Source: Candidatus Omnitrophota bacterium (GTDB lineage Bacteria; Omnitrophota; Omnitrophia; Omnitrophales; JACQLI01). Taken from it: a DNA stretch of 64,000 nucleotides. The stretch is taken from assembly GCA_016179745.1 (NCBI GenBank), contig JACPCP010000019.1:3190-67189 (forward strand), given 5' to 3'. The notes under the pieces were generated by a model. It was not told the DNA's origin. It did not search any database and saw only the letters and a program-made list of their open reading frames with translations. Made by a program: the position numbers and the translations under genes. How positions within the stretch are numbered: the stretch's first letter is position 1; the number at the start of each line of letters is the position of its first letter. Below are positions 32,182-41,827 of this stretch, piece after piece.

Positions 32182-32954
32182 AGGACTTCCTCCAGTTTTG
32201 AGAAATCCACAAAGGGACGCACCGAGGCAAAAAGTTCCAATCCTTCTTTCTCATTGCCCACCAATTCCACCCGTCCCACCGGGATCCCCTTGGGATAAAT
32301 CCCGCCGAGGCCCGAACTGATCACAAGGTCCCCCACTTTGATCGAAGCCTCCCGCTCGATCCGGGTCACATGAAGCCAGGAAGAACCGTTTCCTTCACAA
32401 ACGCCCAAATCCCGGCTCTCCTGAAAAAGAATACTCACCCTGGACTCGGCATCCAGAAGGAGAATCACCCGGGCGCTCGTGGGGGCGGCTTCGATCACCC
32501 GGCCCACCAGGCCCTGGGCACTCACGACCGCCATCCGCTTCCGGATGCCGTGGTCCGTGCCTTTATCAAGGAGGATGGTCCGGCGCCAGGGCGCCAGGTC
32601 CCGGGCGATCACCCGGGCCGGAATTGCTTTGCCCGGAATCTCCTTCTTGAAATCGAGGAGCTTGCGGAGCCTTTCATTTTCCTTTTCAAGCTCCGCCTGG
32701 TCCACGAGGCGGCCCTCCAGTTCCACGACCCGGCTTTCAAGTTTTTTCTGTTCCCGGTAAAGACTGAGAAGGCGCTGGAGGCCCCCGCCGGTTTCCCGGA
32801 CGCCGGCCGAAAGCGTGTGGCCGGCCACGAGGAAAGGTTTGAGACAGAAGAGGCTGATTTGGTGTAAGGTCTCGGCCCGCTCAGGGGCCTGAAGCATTAA
32901 AAGAAGCGGGGCGAGGGCAACAACGAGGAAGGTGACAGAGGTTTTTCTCGTCAA
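32151..32954 (-). CDS. mreC: rod shape-determining protein MreC
   Basis: 267-aa ORF; N-terminal TM helix, coiled-coil (LESRVVELEGRLVDQAELEKENERLRKLL), C-terminal beta-barrel region (..VVS.QGLVGRV......SARV.LL.D..S.V..). Confidence 0.85.
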   Translation of the reverse strand: MTRKTSVTFLVVALAPLLLMLQAPERAETLHQISLFCLKPFLVAGHTLSAGVRETGGGLQRLLSLYREQKKLESRVVELEGRLVDQAELEKENERLRKLLDFKKEIPGKAIPARVIARDLAPWRRTILLDKGTDHGIRKRMAVVSAQGLVGRVIEAAPTSARVILLLDAESRVSILFQESRDLGVCEGNGSSWLHVTRIEREASIKVGDLVISSGLGGIYPKGIPVGRVELVGNEKEGLELFASVRPFVDFSKLEEVLCIALSPSGT

Positions 32955-32962
32955 TCGTTACG

Positions 32963-33943
32963 TCAATATTCTTTCGAATTTTGACTATTGACGGCAAGAC
33001 GCTTCAGCAGCCGGAAATCACTCAGGTAACGGCCGGTCCCAAGCGCAATCGCCGTCAAGGGATCATCGGCTATGTGAACCGGGAGGCCGGTTTCTTCACT
33101 GATGAGTTTGTCCAGGCCCCGCAAAAGGGCGCCGCCCCCGGCCAGGATCAGACCCCTTTCAATCAAGTCCGAGCAAAGCTCCGGCGGGGTCCGTTCCAGG
33201 GCGATCCGGATGGCCTCCAGAATGGCCGCCAGGGGCTCCGAAAGCGCCTCCCGGATTTCTTCACTCGTCACGGTGATGGTCTTCGGAAGGCCGGCCAGGA
33301 TGTCCCGCCCCCGGACTTCCATATTGGTCTCTTCCTCCATGGGGTAAGCAGAACCGATTTTGATCTTGATCTCCTCGGCCGTCCGCTCGCCGATCATCAA
33401 ATTGTAGGTTTTCTTCAGGTGGCCGATGACGGCTTCATCCAGTTCGTCGCCGGCAATGCGGATGGATTTTGAAAAGACGATTCCGGAAAGCGAAATGACG
33501 GCAATTTCGGTCGTGCCGCCGCCGATATCGATGATCATGTTGCCGGAGGGCTCGTGGATGGGAAGGCCGACACCGACCGCCGCCGCAATCGGTTCCTCAA
33601 CGAGATAGACGGGGCTCCGGGCGCCCGCCCGTTCGGCAGAATCTTTGACGGCCCGCTTTTCCACTTCCGTAATCCCGCTCGGGACGGCAATGACCACCCG
33701 GGGACTGACGAGACGGCTCTTGCGGTGGACTTTGCGGATGAAGTAACGGAGCATCGCCTCGGTGATGTCGTTGGCCTCTTCCCCGACCGCCAGGACCTGG
33801 TGGGTGGCACGGTCAATGGCGACCACGGAAGGTTCACACAAGACCACACCCTGGCCCTTGACATAAACAAGGGTATTGGCCGTTCCGAGATCAATTCCGA
33901 CGTCGCCGGAGAAAAATCCAAGAATACGATCCACTAAAATCAT
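32963..33943 (-). CDS. mreB: actin-like rod shape protein MreB (with an internal in-frame gap relative to canonical MreB)
   Basis: 326-aa ORF; [37 protein letters not shown] and [19 protein letters not shown] motifs. The segment corresponding to E. coli [27 protein letters not shown] is replaced by NDI. Confidence 0.9.
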   Translation of the reverse strand: MILVDRILGFFSGDVGIDLGTANTLVYVKGQGVVLCEPSVVAIDRATHQVLAVGEEANDITEAMLRYFIRKVHRKSRLVSPRVVIAVPSGITEVEKRAVKDSAERAGARSPVYLVEEPIAAAVGVGLPIHEPSGNMIIDIGGGTTEIAVISLSGIVFSKSIRIAGDELDEAVIGHLKKTYNLMIGERTAEEIKIKIGSAYPMEEETNMEVRGRDILAGLPKTITVTSEEIREALSEPLAAILEAIRIALERTPPELCSDLIERGLILAGGGALLRGLDKLISEETGLPVHIADDPLTAIALGTGRYLSDFRLLKRLAVNSQNSKEY

Positions 33944-34055
33944 TGCAGTTCTTTCAGGAATCCTTATCTATCCCGTGGAAGGTGCGCTTTCTAGAAATTT
34001 CGAAGTCACTATATCGGAAAGGAAATTCGGTGTCAATTAAATTCTGGCTGTGAAA

Positions 34056-35357
34056 TCAGTTAGAAGTGTTTTTGAGCCGGTCAAAATCAGTGAAAAAGCC
34101 GGGGTAGGACGTTTTGACGCATTCCACGCCTTCGATCACGACCTCGCCCTGGCTCCGAAGCCCGGCCACGGCCAGAGACATCGCCGTCCGGTGGTCCCCA
34201 TCGCTTTTAACGGTCCCCCCTTTGAAGCCCTCGACCCCTTCAAGGATGCATCCATCGGGCAGCTCCTTGACTCTTGCGCCCAGCCGGTTGAGCCCCTCGG
34301 TCATCGAGGCAATGCGGTCGGTTTCCTTGACCCGCAGTTCCTTGGCGCCCGCAATCAGGCTCTCCCCTTCGGCCAGGGCGCAGGCCACCATCAGGATTGG
34401 GAGCTCGTCGATCAGGGAAGGGATCTCTTCCGGCGCCACCCGCACCCCCTTCAACCTCCCCCCCCTGACTCGAATCTCACCCACCGGCTCCAAAGTCTCC
34501 TCAATAACTTTTTCTTCAATGGAAGCGCCCATCCGCCTGAGGACCTTGAGGAGTCCTGTCCGGGTCGGATTCAAGCCGACATTTTTAACTCGAAGCTCGC
34601 TTCCTTCTATTAACGCCGCTCCGGTGATAAAAAAGGCGGCCGCAGAAAAATCACCGGGAAGGTCTGCGTTGAGCGGCTTCAATTCCGCCGCTTTCTCGAC
34701 ACAAAGCCAGCCGGATTCTTCCCGAAACGGGGCGCCGGCGGCCTTGAGAAAGCGCTCCGTATGGTCCCGGGAAAGAATTTTTTCATGCACCCGGGTCTTC
34801 CCCTCCGCATAAAGTCCGGCCAGGAGAAGGGCGGATTTGACCTGGGCGCTGGCCAGTGAATTTTCAAAATCAATCCCCTGGAGCCGGCCGCCCCGGATCG
34901 TCAGAGGGGCAAAATTTCCGTTGTCCTTGCCTTTGATCTGGGCGCCCATTTGCTTGAGCGGCCGGGTCACCCGCCCCATGGGACGGGAGCAAAGTGATTC
35001 GTCTCCCGTGAGCACTGCTTCAAACCGCTGGCCGGCCAGAATCCCCAAGAGAAGCCGGATTGAGGTGCCGGAGTTTCCTAGATCGATAACATCGCTGGGC
35101 GGCTTTAAGCCCATCAAACCTTTCCCTTCAATTTGAAGGACGCCGGATTTCGGCTTCAACGTGACGGGGATTCCGAGAGATTGAAAGGCTTGAAGGGTCC
35201 TCAAGCAGTCGTCCGCCTCAAGGAAATTTTGGAAGCGGCTCGTTCCGGTGGCAAGGGCGCCGAACATCACGGCCCGGTGGGAGATGGATTTGTCGCCCGG
35301 CGGCTCGTAGGGGCCCGTGACAGTGCCGCCCGGACGGACCCGCACCTCATCCATCAA
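34056..35357 (-). CDS. aroA: 3-phosphoshikimate 1-carboxyvinyltransferase (EPSP synthase)
   Basis: 433-aa ORF; PGDKSISHRA, LGNSGTSIRLL and ELRVKETDRI.. motifs. Confidence 0.95.
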   Translation of the reverse strand: MMDEVRVRPGGTVTGPYEPPGDKSISHRAVMFGALATGTSRFQNFLEADDCLRTLQAFQSLGIPVTLKPKSGVLQIEGKGLMGLKPPSDVIDLGNSGTSIRLLLGILAGQRFEAVLTGDESLCSRPMGRVTRPLKQMGAQIKGKDNGNFAPLTIRGGRLQGIDFENSLASAQVKSALLLAGLYAEGKTRVHEKILSRDHTERFLKAAGAPFREESGWLCVEKAAELKPLNADLPGDFSAAAFFITGAALIEGSELRVKNVGLNPTRTGLLKVLRRMGASIEEKVIEETLEPVGEIRVRGGRLKGVRVAPEEIPSLIDELPILMVACALAEGESLIAGAKELRVKETDRIASMTEGLNRLGARVKELPDGCILEGVEGFKGGTVKSDGDHRTAMSLAVAGLRSQGEVVIEGVECVKTSYPGFFTDFDRLKNTSN

Positions 35358-35579
35358 CTAACGCCGGCGGGTCCAGATCCGGATGCGGTCGAGCTCGGCC
35401 ATGATCTTGTCCTGATTGGCCAAGATCTTCTGGCTGTTGGCCTCGACCTGGGAAAGGCGGGATTGGATCGCCTGAAGCTCGGCCTCGAGAGAAGTTTCGT
35501 CAGCGGACTGGGCCCAAACAGAAACGGGATTGAGAAGGAGTAAAAAGGCGAGAAAAAAGAAAGGGCCGACCTTAGGCAA
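35358..35579 (-). CDS. small secreted coiled-coil protein (putative TTG start)
   Basis: The C-terminal part of the 133-aa ORF reads (M)PKVGPFFFLAFLLLLNPVSVWA/QSADE..LEAELQAIQSRLSQVEANSQKILANQDKIMAELDRI, a signal peptide plus coiled coil. The TTG at 35579 overlaps the upstream gene stop by 8 nt. The start is my inference. Confidence 0.35.
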   Translation of the reverse strand: MPKVGPFFFLAFLLLLNPVSVWAQSADETSLEAELQAIQSRLSQVEANSQKILANQDKIMAELDRIRIWTRRR

Positions 35580-36336
35580 GCCGCACAAGGTCTCCCTCTT
35601 TAATCGAGGAAGGCTTGGTTTCCTCAAGGATCGTGCAGGCTGAGAAATTTTCATAGAGCTTTTCCACCTGGAGCCGGCCGACCGGTTTCCCGTTCTGCTC
35701 GACCTGGAGCAGGCTCCCGACTTGCAATTTGTCCCGGGAACCAAAATTGACCACGGCAAAATTGAATTTCCGGTTCACGGAGAGGACTTGTTTCGGACGT
35801 TCGTCAACGGCCGGGGCCGCCGGTGCCGGTGTGGCGACTGGGACAGCCGGAGAAACATCTTTAGGTTTGGCGGCCGCTGGAAGGGCGACGGGCTTAGCGA
35901 CGGGCATGGGAGCTGGAGACAGGACGGGCGGAGGAGGCAGCTTGGGGAGCTCTTCGTTTTCTTCAACGGCCTCGGTTTCGGCCGGCGGAGTCAAAACGGC
36001 CGGACGGGCCAAATTTTTATTTTCTTCCTCGAGCTCGGACACCCGCTCACGAAGACCGCCCGCCTCCTCCTCGGCCTGAGTCAGCTTCTCCTGGAGCGAA
36101 CGGGACTTTTTCGTTTCGTCTTCAATTTGAGCATTGAGTCGCTCGAGCTCTTCCCGGTTGAGTTTTAGCTGGGATTCCTGTGAGGCGTTGCGCTCTTCAA
36201 GCTGGACAATTTGGGACTCGAGGTCTTCTCGGGCGGCCCGTTCCATCTGGTATTGCTGGAAAAGATACCAGCTTCCCGTCAGGGAACCGGCGGAGAGAAG
36301 AAAGGCGAAGACGACGGCGAACTTAATCCCTTTCAT
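35572..36336 (-). CDS. membrane-anchored coiled-coil protein with Pro/Ala-rich linker, hypothetical
   Basis: 254-aa ORF; N-terminal TM helix (FAVVFAFLLSAGSLTGSWYLF), a long coiled coil, a PA-rich spacer, and a C-terminal beta-rich ~70-aa domain; no family recognised. Confidence 0.5.
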   Translation of the reverse strand: MKGIKFAVVFAFLLSAGSLTGSWYLFQQYQMERAAREDLESQIVQLEERNASQESQLKLNREELERLNAQIEDETKKSRSLQEKLTQAEEEAGGLRERVSELEEENKNLARPAVLTPPAETEAVEENEELPKLPPPPVLSPAPMPVAKPVALPAAAKPKDVSPAVPVATPAPAAPAVDERPKQVLSVNRKFNFAVVNFGSRDKLQVGSLLQVEQNGKPVGRLQVEKLYENFSACTILEETKPSSIKEGDLVRLA

Positions 36337-36394
36337 AAGGCGGGTATGGTATCACGCACCTAACCCCTTTGCAAGCCTCGGTTTCCACGGGTGG

Positions 36395-36844
36395 CTAACC
36401 GCCCTGGACCGTGTCCGGGAGCTCATTGGCGTCGTCGCCCTGGCGGGGAAAATAGCGTTCAAGCTCCTTGCCGATCCTTCGGATGCCGGCCTCCAGACCG
36501 CCCGCAAAATCCTGCCGGGAAAACAGCTCCTGCATCACGGCCACGATCCCTTCCCAGAAGCGGTCCCCCACGTAATCGTGAATTCCCCTGTCCCCGACCA
36601 CGGCGAAGGACTGATCGGCCAGGGCGAAATAAATTAAAATGCCGTTACGCTTTTCGGTCCGGGTCATCCCGAGTTTTTCGAACGTCCTTTCTGCCCGCCC
36701 GAGCGCATCCCCTTTCGCCTTTCCCTCGAGATAAACACGAATTTCTCCGGAGGTCCGGTTTTCGGCCTCCCGAATCGCTTTCACAATCCGTGCCTTATCG
36801 TCCCGTGAGAAAAATTGCCTCGGACTCCGTTTTTGATTTACCAT
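36395..36844 (-). CDS. TPM-domain protein (DUF477-like)
   Basis: 149-aa product starting at MVNQKRSPRQFFS..; ..TSGEIRVYL......ERTFEKLGM..T..RNGILIY.A..D..FAVVGD.GIH pattern of the TPM/TLP18.3 family. The longer 260-aa ORF form is a read-through of the Gly-rich codons of the upstream gene. Confidence 0.7.
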   Translation of the reverse strand: MVNQKRSPRQFFSRDDKARIVKAIREAENRTSGEIRVYLEGKAKGDALGRAERTFEKLGMTRTEKRNGILIYFALADQSFAVVGDRGIHDYVGDRFWEGIVAVMQELFSRQDFAGGLEAGIRRIGKELERYFPRQGDDANELPDTVQGG

Positions 36845-37701
36845 CGCCCGCTCGCCCCGCCGCCGCCAAAACCTCCGCCCCCGCCGCCAAAGCCTCCTCC
36901 CCCGAATCCTCCGCCTCCCCAGCCTCCGCCGAATCCGCCGCCCGTCCAAGTGGATCCCTGACGGCTCAGCACCGAATTCCCCCTTCCGTGACGGCCCGAA
37001 AGAAAATAAAAAACGAGCGGCCAAACTCCGAATAAAAGACCGTAAAGACCCAAAGCAGCCGGTCCGGCAAACAGGGCCCACAAAATTCCGGCGATTCCGC
37101 CGGCAAAAAGAAACCAGAGCAAAAATAAGGGAAGGAGGGCGCCCAGAAAAAGTCCCGCAAGGAAAGCCATTCCCCAATCACTTCCGAGGCCGGCCGAACG
37201 AGGGGCGGCACGATACTCCCCTTTTGTTGCGGAGAGAATGGCGTCAACGGCCCGTTCAATCCCCTCGTCGAATTTTCCCTGTCGAAAAGAGGGAACGATT
37301 TCATTTTCGATGATGAGTTTGGCGATGGCGTCGGTGAGCGCCCCCTCCAGCCCGTAGCCGACTTCGATCCGCACGGCCCGGTCCTCCTTGAAGATCAAAA
37401 GAATCACACCGTTGTCTTTATCTTTTTGTCCGATCTTCCAGGCCTCCGCCAGACGGATCGAAAAATCCTCGAGGGACTCCCGTTCCAGACCTTGAAAGGT
37501 CACGACCGCCACCTGATTGGTCGTTTCCTGTTCAAACCTACGGAGTTTTTCCTCGAGGCGGGCCCGGGCCGCCGGTGAAATCATTCCGGCATAATCAGAA
37601 ACGGTGCCTTCGGGCCGGGCGGGAATCTCCAGGGCCGGGGCAGATGACGAGAAGGCGAGAAAAAACGTGAGAAGAGAAAAAAGGAGGCGGGGCCGGATCA
37701 A
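36838..37701 (-). CDS. TPM-domain protein (YgcG-like) with C-terminal TM helices and Gly-rich tail
   Basis: 287-aa ORF; signal peptide, TPM core (..VSDYAGMIS......LE..L..FE..T..QVAVVT...L......DF...LAE.W.IGQK.KDNGV.L..), TM helices, and tail GGGFGGGWGGGGFGGGGFGGGGGGFGGGG. Confidence 0.75.
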   Translation of the reverse strand: MIRPRLLFSLLTFFLAFSSSAPALEIPARPEGTVSDYAGMISPAARARLEEKLRRFEQETTNQVAVVTFQGLERESLEDFSIRLAEAWKIGQKDKDNGVILLIFKEDRAVRIEVGYGLEGALTDAIAKLIIENEIVPSFRQGKFDEGIERAVDAILSATKGEYRAAPRSAGLGSDWGMAFLAGLFLGALLPLFLLWFLFAGGIAGILWALFAGPAALGLYGLLFGVWPLVFYFLSGRHGRGNSVLSRQGSTWTGGGFGGGWGGGGFGGGGFGGGGGGFGGGGASGRW

Positions 37702-38294
37702 AACTTGACTTCGGGGACCGTGCGGGCCCCCTCGTCAGCGGCAAAATAGGACTTCCGCTGAAACCCCATCAGACGGCCCACCCAATTGTTGGGAAAAATA
37801 CGAAGCCGGGTGTTGAATTCCCGGGCCACCTCATTGAAGCGCCGCCGCTCCACCGCAATCCGGTTTTCCGTCCCTTCGAGCTGGCTTTGGAGCGCCAGAA
37901 AATTCTGATTGGCCTTCAGGTCGGGGTATTGTTCCGCAATGGCTAAAAGCCGGCTTAACGTGGAGGTCAGTCCCTGCTGGAGCTGTTCGAATTGGGTGAG
38001 CGCCTGGGGATCGTTGAAGGCCTTCACGGTGATCTGGGTCTGTGTAATCTTGGAACGGGCTCCAATCACGGCTTCAAGCGTCTCCCGCTCGTGGGCGGCG
38101 TAACCCTTCACGGTCTCCACCAGATTGGGGATCAGATCAAGCCGCCTCTGATAAACATTTTCCACCTGCGCCCACGCCCCCGTAACTCCCTCCTCGGCAG
38201 CCACGAGAGAATTGTAAATTCCTCCAAAGCTGAGCGCTCCGAGGACCACGAGACCGGCGACGACAGCCAATGTCATTAAAAGTGCTCGATTCAT
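37698..38294 (-). CDS. lemA: LemA family protein
   Basis: Start chosen at MNRALLMTLAVV.. (AAGGAGA RBS 7 nt upstream). YNSLV...E.V...WAQVEN.YQRR.DLIPNLV.TVKGYA.HE..TL..V is a LemA signature. The ORF is open to 38351. Confidence 0.85.
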   Translation of the reverse strand: MNRALLMTLAVVAGLVVLGALSFGGIYNSLVAAEEGVTGAWAQVENVYQRRLDLIPNLVETVKGYAAHERETLEAVIGARSKITQTQITVKAFNDPQALTQFEQLQQGLTSTLSRLLAIAEQYPDLKANQNFLALQSQLEGTENRIAVERRRFNEVAREFNTRLRIFPNNWVGRLMGFQRKSYFAADEGARTVPEVKF

Positions 38295-38399
38295 TTGGTT
38301 TCTCCTTGTAGGTTTGAGGAAGGGCAAAGTATACACCCGAAAGAAATTCAAGCCAAAGAGATTTTGAGATAAACGGGGGGGTCATATTATAATGATGCC

Positions 38400-39881
38400 T
38401 TGCCAATGAAAAAGAGCCGCTTCCTTTTATCCGCCTCCTCCGCCCTCCTTTTACTTTCGGGATTTCTCCCCCCGCTCCGGCAAACGGGGGCCGCCTGGCT
38501 GGCTTTCGTCCCGCTTTTTGTGCTGGCATTCGATCCGGCCTGCCGAAGCCGCTGGCTTTTCTGGCACACCTTGGCCGTCGGACTCCTTTACTATGGAATG
38601 CTCCTTTCGTGGCTTCTTGATTATGATGCTGCGCTTTATGCCCTGATCCTTTTCATTATGGGCCCGGCTTTTCCGATTTACTTTCTGGCGCTCCGCAGGC
38701 TGACCCGGCGACTAGAAAATTCCCTTCTCAAGGCATCGGCCGCCGGCTTCCTCTGGATCGCCCTCCATCAAATTTACCGTCTGACTCCGATCGGCTCGGT
38801 GGGATTCGAGACGCCTTTTTACGGTTCGCTCAGTCTTTACCAGGCGGCCTCCGTTTCGGGTTTCATCGGGGTCGCCGGTCTCGGAATGAGTTTGAATGCG
38901 GCCCTCGCCCTCTCGATCCGGAGGAGAACATGGAAGGCTTTCGCCGTGGCGCTTATTTTTTCAATGCTGGCCGCCGGTGTTTATTTCTGGGGGAAAAATG
39001 CCGGGACGCCGCTGCCGAGCCGTGGAATCAAGGTGGCCCTCGTCCAGCATAATCTTCCGTGGGACATGGAGTGGAGGGAAGACAATCCGGATCTGATCCG
39101 TTCACAATACCAAAGGCTCGTCGAAGAGGTGGGCCGGAAAAATCCGGATCTGGTGCTGCTTCCCCTTTATACTTTTCCGGATTCCATGCTGGACGGGCTT
39201 GAAGAATTTCTATCGGACCTTGCCGTCCGATCCCATTCTTATCTGGTGGCGGCCTCCCACCTTCCTGTGGAACCGGCCGATGAACCCTCTCGAGTGCCCG
39301 ACCCTTTCAAGGGGATCCTCGAAGAAATGGGTGAAGCAGGCTTTGCCAATACGGCCCTTTTCTTTTCCCCTACCGGAGAAAAAATCGGCGAGTACCAGGC
39401 AGTCCGGGCCCGGCCGTTCCAGGACCTTTTGGAAGAGGCCGCCGAGCACACGCAAATGGAATATCAGACAATCTCGTCCCCTTTCGGTTCCCTGGGGATT
39501 CTCCTCTGCTATGAGGATGTGCTTCCCGAGGTGGCCGAAAAGGCGGTCAGGAAGGGGGCTGAAATTTTGCTCGCCTTGTCGAACACCGGTGAATTCACGG
39601 CAACTCACCTCCCCGATGACCATTTGGTCCAAGACCAGCTCCGGGCCATCGAAACCCACCGCTGGGTCCTTCGGGTGACCCCCAACGGCCCTTCCGCCGT
39701 CATCAACCCCCGGGGGCAGGTGATTCAAAAAAGCGGGCTTGGAACGGAAGAAATTTTGTTCGCTGAAGTAGGAGTCGAACGGGACGGAACTCTCTTTCAA
39801 CGTTACCCCTTTTGGCTTCAAGCCCTGGCGTGGATTTTTGTGGCGGGGCTCGCCGGAGGAAATCTGATTCTTCGGCGTTGA
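38400..39881 (+). CDS. lnt: apolipoprotein N-acyltransferase
   Basis: 493-aa ORF; N-terminal polytopic region plus C-terminal carbon-nitrogen hydrolase domain (KVALVQHN.., ..LLCYEDVLPEV.. catalytic Cys). Confidence 0.85.
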   Translation: MPMKKSRFLLSASSALLLLSGFLPPLRQTGAAWLAFVPLFVLAFDPACRSRWLFWHTLAVGLLYYGMLLSWLLDYDAALYALILFIMGPAFPIYFLALRRLTRRLENSLLKASAAGFLWIALHQIYRLTPIGSVGFETPFYGSLSLYQAASVSGFIGVAGLGMSLNAALALSIRRRTWKAFAVALIFSMLAAGVYFWGKNAGTPLPSRGIKVALVQHNLPWDMEWREDNPDLIRSQYQRLVEEVGRKNPDLVLLPLYTFPDSMLDGLEEFLSDLAVRSHSYLVAASHLPVEPADEPSRVPDPFKGILEEMGEAGFANTALFFSPTGEKIGEYQAVRARPFQDLLEEAAEHTQMEYQTISSPFGSLGILLCYEDVLPEVAEKAVRKGAEILLALSNTGEFTATHLPDDHLVQDQLRAIETHRWVLRVTPNGPSAVINPRGQVIQKSGLGTEEILFAEVGVERDGTLFQRYPFWLQALAWIFVAGLAGGNLILRR

Positions 39882-39906
39882 GGAAAGTCTGAACGGAATT
39901 TCCGGA

Positions 39907-40203
39907 CTACTTTTTGTCAGGGAAACAGACGTCGGGCTGCTTGCATGGGGAGGTACCGCAGGGAGCGGCCGCCTCTGATTTCTTTTCCGGTTTTTCCTTC
40001 TGGGCCGCCTCCCGATAGCTTTTGGAACGGTGGTCCGTTTGATAGAAGCCCGAACCCTTAAAAATCAAGCCCGCTCCCCCGTGGATCAGACGTTTGACCC
40101 GCCTCCGGCATTTCGGACAGCTTCGGACGGGACGGGCCGTAATCGGCTGGAACCTCTCAAACCGGTGCCCGCAGGCGTCACAAAGGTATTCGTAAGTCGG
40201 CAT
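39907..40203 (-). CDS. FmdB-family zinc-ribbon protein
   Basis: MPTYEYLCDACGHRFE......RPVRSCPKCRR..KRLI is the classic CxxC..CxxC FmdB/Zn-ribbon N-terminus. Confidence 0.8.
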   Translation of the reverse strand: MPTYEYLCDACGHRFERFQPITARPVRSCPKCRRRVKRLIHGGAGLIFKGSGFYQTDHRSKSYREAAQKEKPEKKSEAAAPCGTSPCKQPDVCFPDKK

Positions 40204-40216
40204 GGCGTCATTATAG

Positions 40217-40747
40217 ATGAATGCTAAAATAGGGCAAGCTATGCGTCAAAAATGGATCCCCTATGGAGTGTTCGTCCTTTTTATCATGACCCCCGCCCAT
40301 TCGACCAACGGGCTGGCCCAGGAGGAGACCGCAATGGAAAAGATTCAAAAATCGGACGAGGAATGGAAAAAGATCTTAACGCCCGAGCAATACCGGATCA
40401 CCCGGAAAAGGGGCACCGAGGCGCCTTTCACGGGGAAATATAACCGGCACAAGGAAAAGGGGGTTTACCGCTGTGCGTCCTGCGGCCTGGAACTCTTCGG
40501 TTCGGAAACCAAGTTCGATTCGGGAAGCGGGTGGCCGAGCTTCTGGGCCCCGGTCAAACCCGAAAACATCCAGACTGAAATCGACAACAGTTTGTCGATG
40601 GAACGAATTGAAGCCCGGTGCCCCCGCTGCGGCGCCCACCTCGGTCACGTCTTTGACGACGGCCCCCCGCCCAGCGGGAAGCGTTACTGCATCAATTCCG
40701 CTGCCCTCGATTTCAAAAAGAAAGAGTCACCTCGTCACTCGCCGTAG
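40217..40747 (+). CDS. msrB: peptide-methionine (R)-S-oxide reductase MsrB with N-terminal signal-like segment
   Basis: YRCASCG..LF.S..KFDSGSGWPSF and RC.RCGAHLGHVFDDGP motifs. The hydrophobic N-terminus (WIPYGVFVLFIMTPAHS) suggests export. The start may instead be at 40241. Confidence 0.9.
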   Translation: MNAKIGQAMRQKWIPYGVFVLFIMTPAHSTNGLAQEETAMEKIQKSDEEWKKILTPEQYRITRKRGTEAPFTGKYNRHKEKGVYRCASCGLELFGSETKFDSGSGWPSFWAPVKPENIQTEIDNSLSMERIEARCPRCGAHLGHVFDDGPPPSGKRYCINSAALDFKKKESPRHSP

Positions 40748-40849
40748 CTCCCCCCTTTGAGTCGATCTATGTATTTGTCGAGGGGGCAGCCCGAAACGCT
40801 CACGGCCAAAACCAGCAGAAACACAATCCCCGCCAACTTTCTCATCCTG

Positions 40850-41386
40850 CTACCGTCCCGCCCCCTTTTCCTTTCCCCATTTTTGTTTTAGAAATCCCTC
40901 ACGGCCGGAGCCGGTTTTGTAGAGGGCGTAGTGGCCGGCGTTTTTGAGGTAATACTTTTGGTGATGTTCCTCGGCCGGATAAAATTTTGTGGCTGGCACG
41001 ATTTCCGTCACGATCGGCCGGTCGAATTTTTCGGTCCGGGTCAGCTTTCCCCTGGATTCATGGGCTTGACGTTTTTCATCCTCGTTCTGATAAAAAATGG
41101 CGGTGCGGTATTGAGATCCCTTGTCTCTGAATTGCCCAGTCTCATCGGTGGGGTCGATCGAGCGCCAAAAGGCGTCGAGGATTTCAGGATAAGAAATTTG
41201 GGCGGGGTCGTAGACGATCTCGATCGCCTCGGCGTGCCCGGTTTCTCCCGTGGAGACTTCTTCGTAAGAGGGGCTTTCCTTCGTGCCGCCCGTGTAGCCG
41301 ACCGTGGTGGCCTTCACCCCCTTTAACCGGTCAAACACGGGTTGCATGCACCAGAAGCAACCTCCCGCCAGAACGGCCCTTTCCAC
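40850..41386 (-). CDS. msrA: peptide-methionine (S)-S-oxide reductase MsrA
   Basis: AVLAGGCFWCMQPVF..L.GV..T.VGYTGG...PSYEEV..G.TGHAE motif. Confidence 0.9.
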   Translation of the reverse strand: MERAVLAGGCFWCMQPVFDRLKGVKATTVGYTGGTKESPSYEEVSTGETGHAEAIEIVYDPAQISYPEILDAFWRSIDPTDETGQFRDKGSQYRTAIFYQNEDEKRQAHESRGKLTRTEKFDRPIVTEIVPATKFYPAEEHHQKYYLKNAGHYALYKTGSGREGFLKQKWGKEKGAGR

Positions 41387-41388
41387 TT

Positions 41389-41817
41389 TCAGCGCTTGCG
41401 GCGTGCTTTGGAAGCTGACCCCTTTTGTTTCCCGGGCTTCTTGCTCCCTTTGACGGGGGCGGCTTTTGGGCTTTTAACCTTGGGGGGTTCAGCTTTTTTA
41501 TCCGTTTTCGCTTCCCCGGGGCCGGGGACTTTTACCTCCGGGACGGAAGATTCCGGCTTGTTGAGACAGCACTTTTTGAATTTTTTCCCGCTCCCGCAGG
41601 GGCAGGGGTCGTTCCGGCCCACCTTCGGCGGGGCGTGGTAAGGCTCAATCTTGGGCGCCGGGGCGTTCCCTTCCTCGGGTTTTTGAGGCACGTTCACGGA
41701 AGGGTGAGGCGGTTCGAGTTTTTCCTTTTCCTTCGGAAGAAAGGGGTTCTTCCCCAACCAAATCTTCTGGGCCCGGCTTAAAATCTGCTGCTTCTGACGA
41801 TTGTCGATTTGTTTCAT
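41389..41817 (-). CDS. SEC-C motif protein, Lys/Pro-rich
   Basis: 142-aa ORF with [18 protein letters not shown] (SEC-C metal-binding motif) and a basic low-complexity C-terminus. Confidence 0.65.
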   Translation of the reverse strand: MKQIDNRQKQQILSRAQKIWLGKNPFLPKEKEKLEPPHPSVNVPQKPEEGNAPAPKIEPYHAPPKVGRNDPCPCGSGKKFKKCCLNKPESSVPEVKVPGPGEAKTDKKAEPPKVKSPKAAPVKGSKKPGKQKGSASKARRKR

Positions 41818-41827
41818 GAGGGTCGTT

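Noticed and set aside
31195-32298. 367-aa plus-strand ORF
   Set aside because: It lies entirely antisense to mrdA, mreD and mreC, which have strong family signatures. Its product is Arg/Pro/Gly-rich low complexity, typical of open antisense frames in GC-rich DNA.
36391-37177. 260-aa and 214-aa ORFs spanning the TPM gene junction
   Set aside because: These are products of reading the GGN-repeat region of the YgcG-like gene in other frames. The real downstream gene starts at 36844 (MVNQKRS..).
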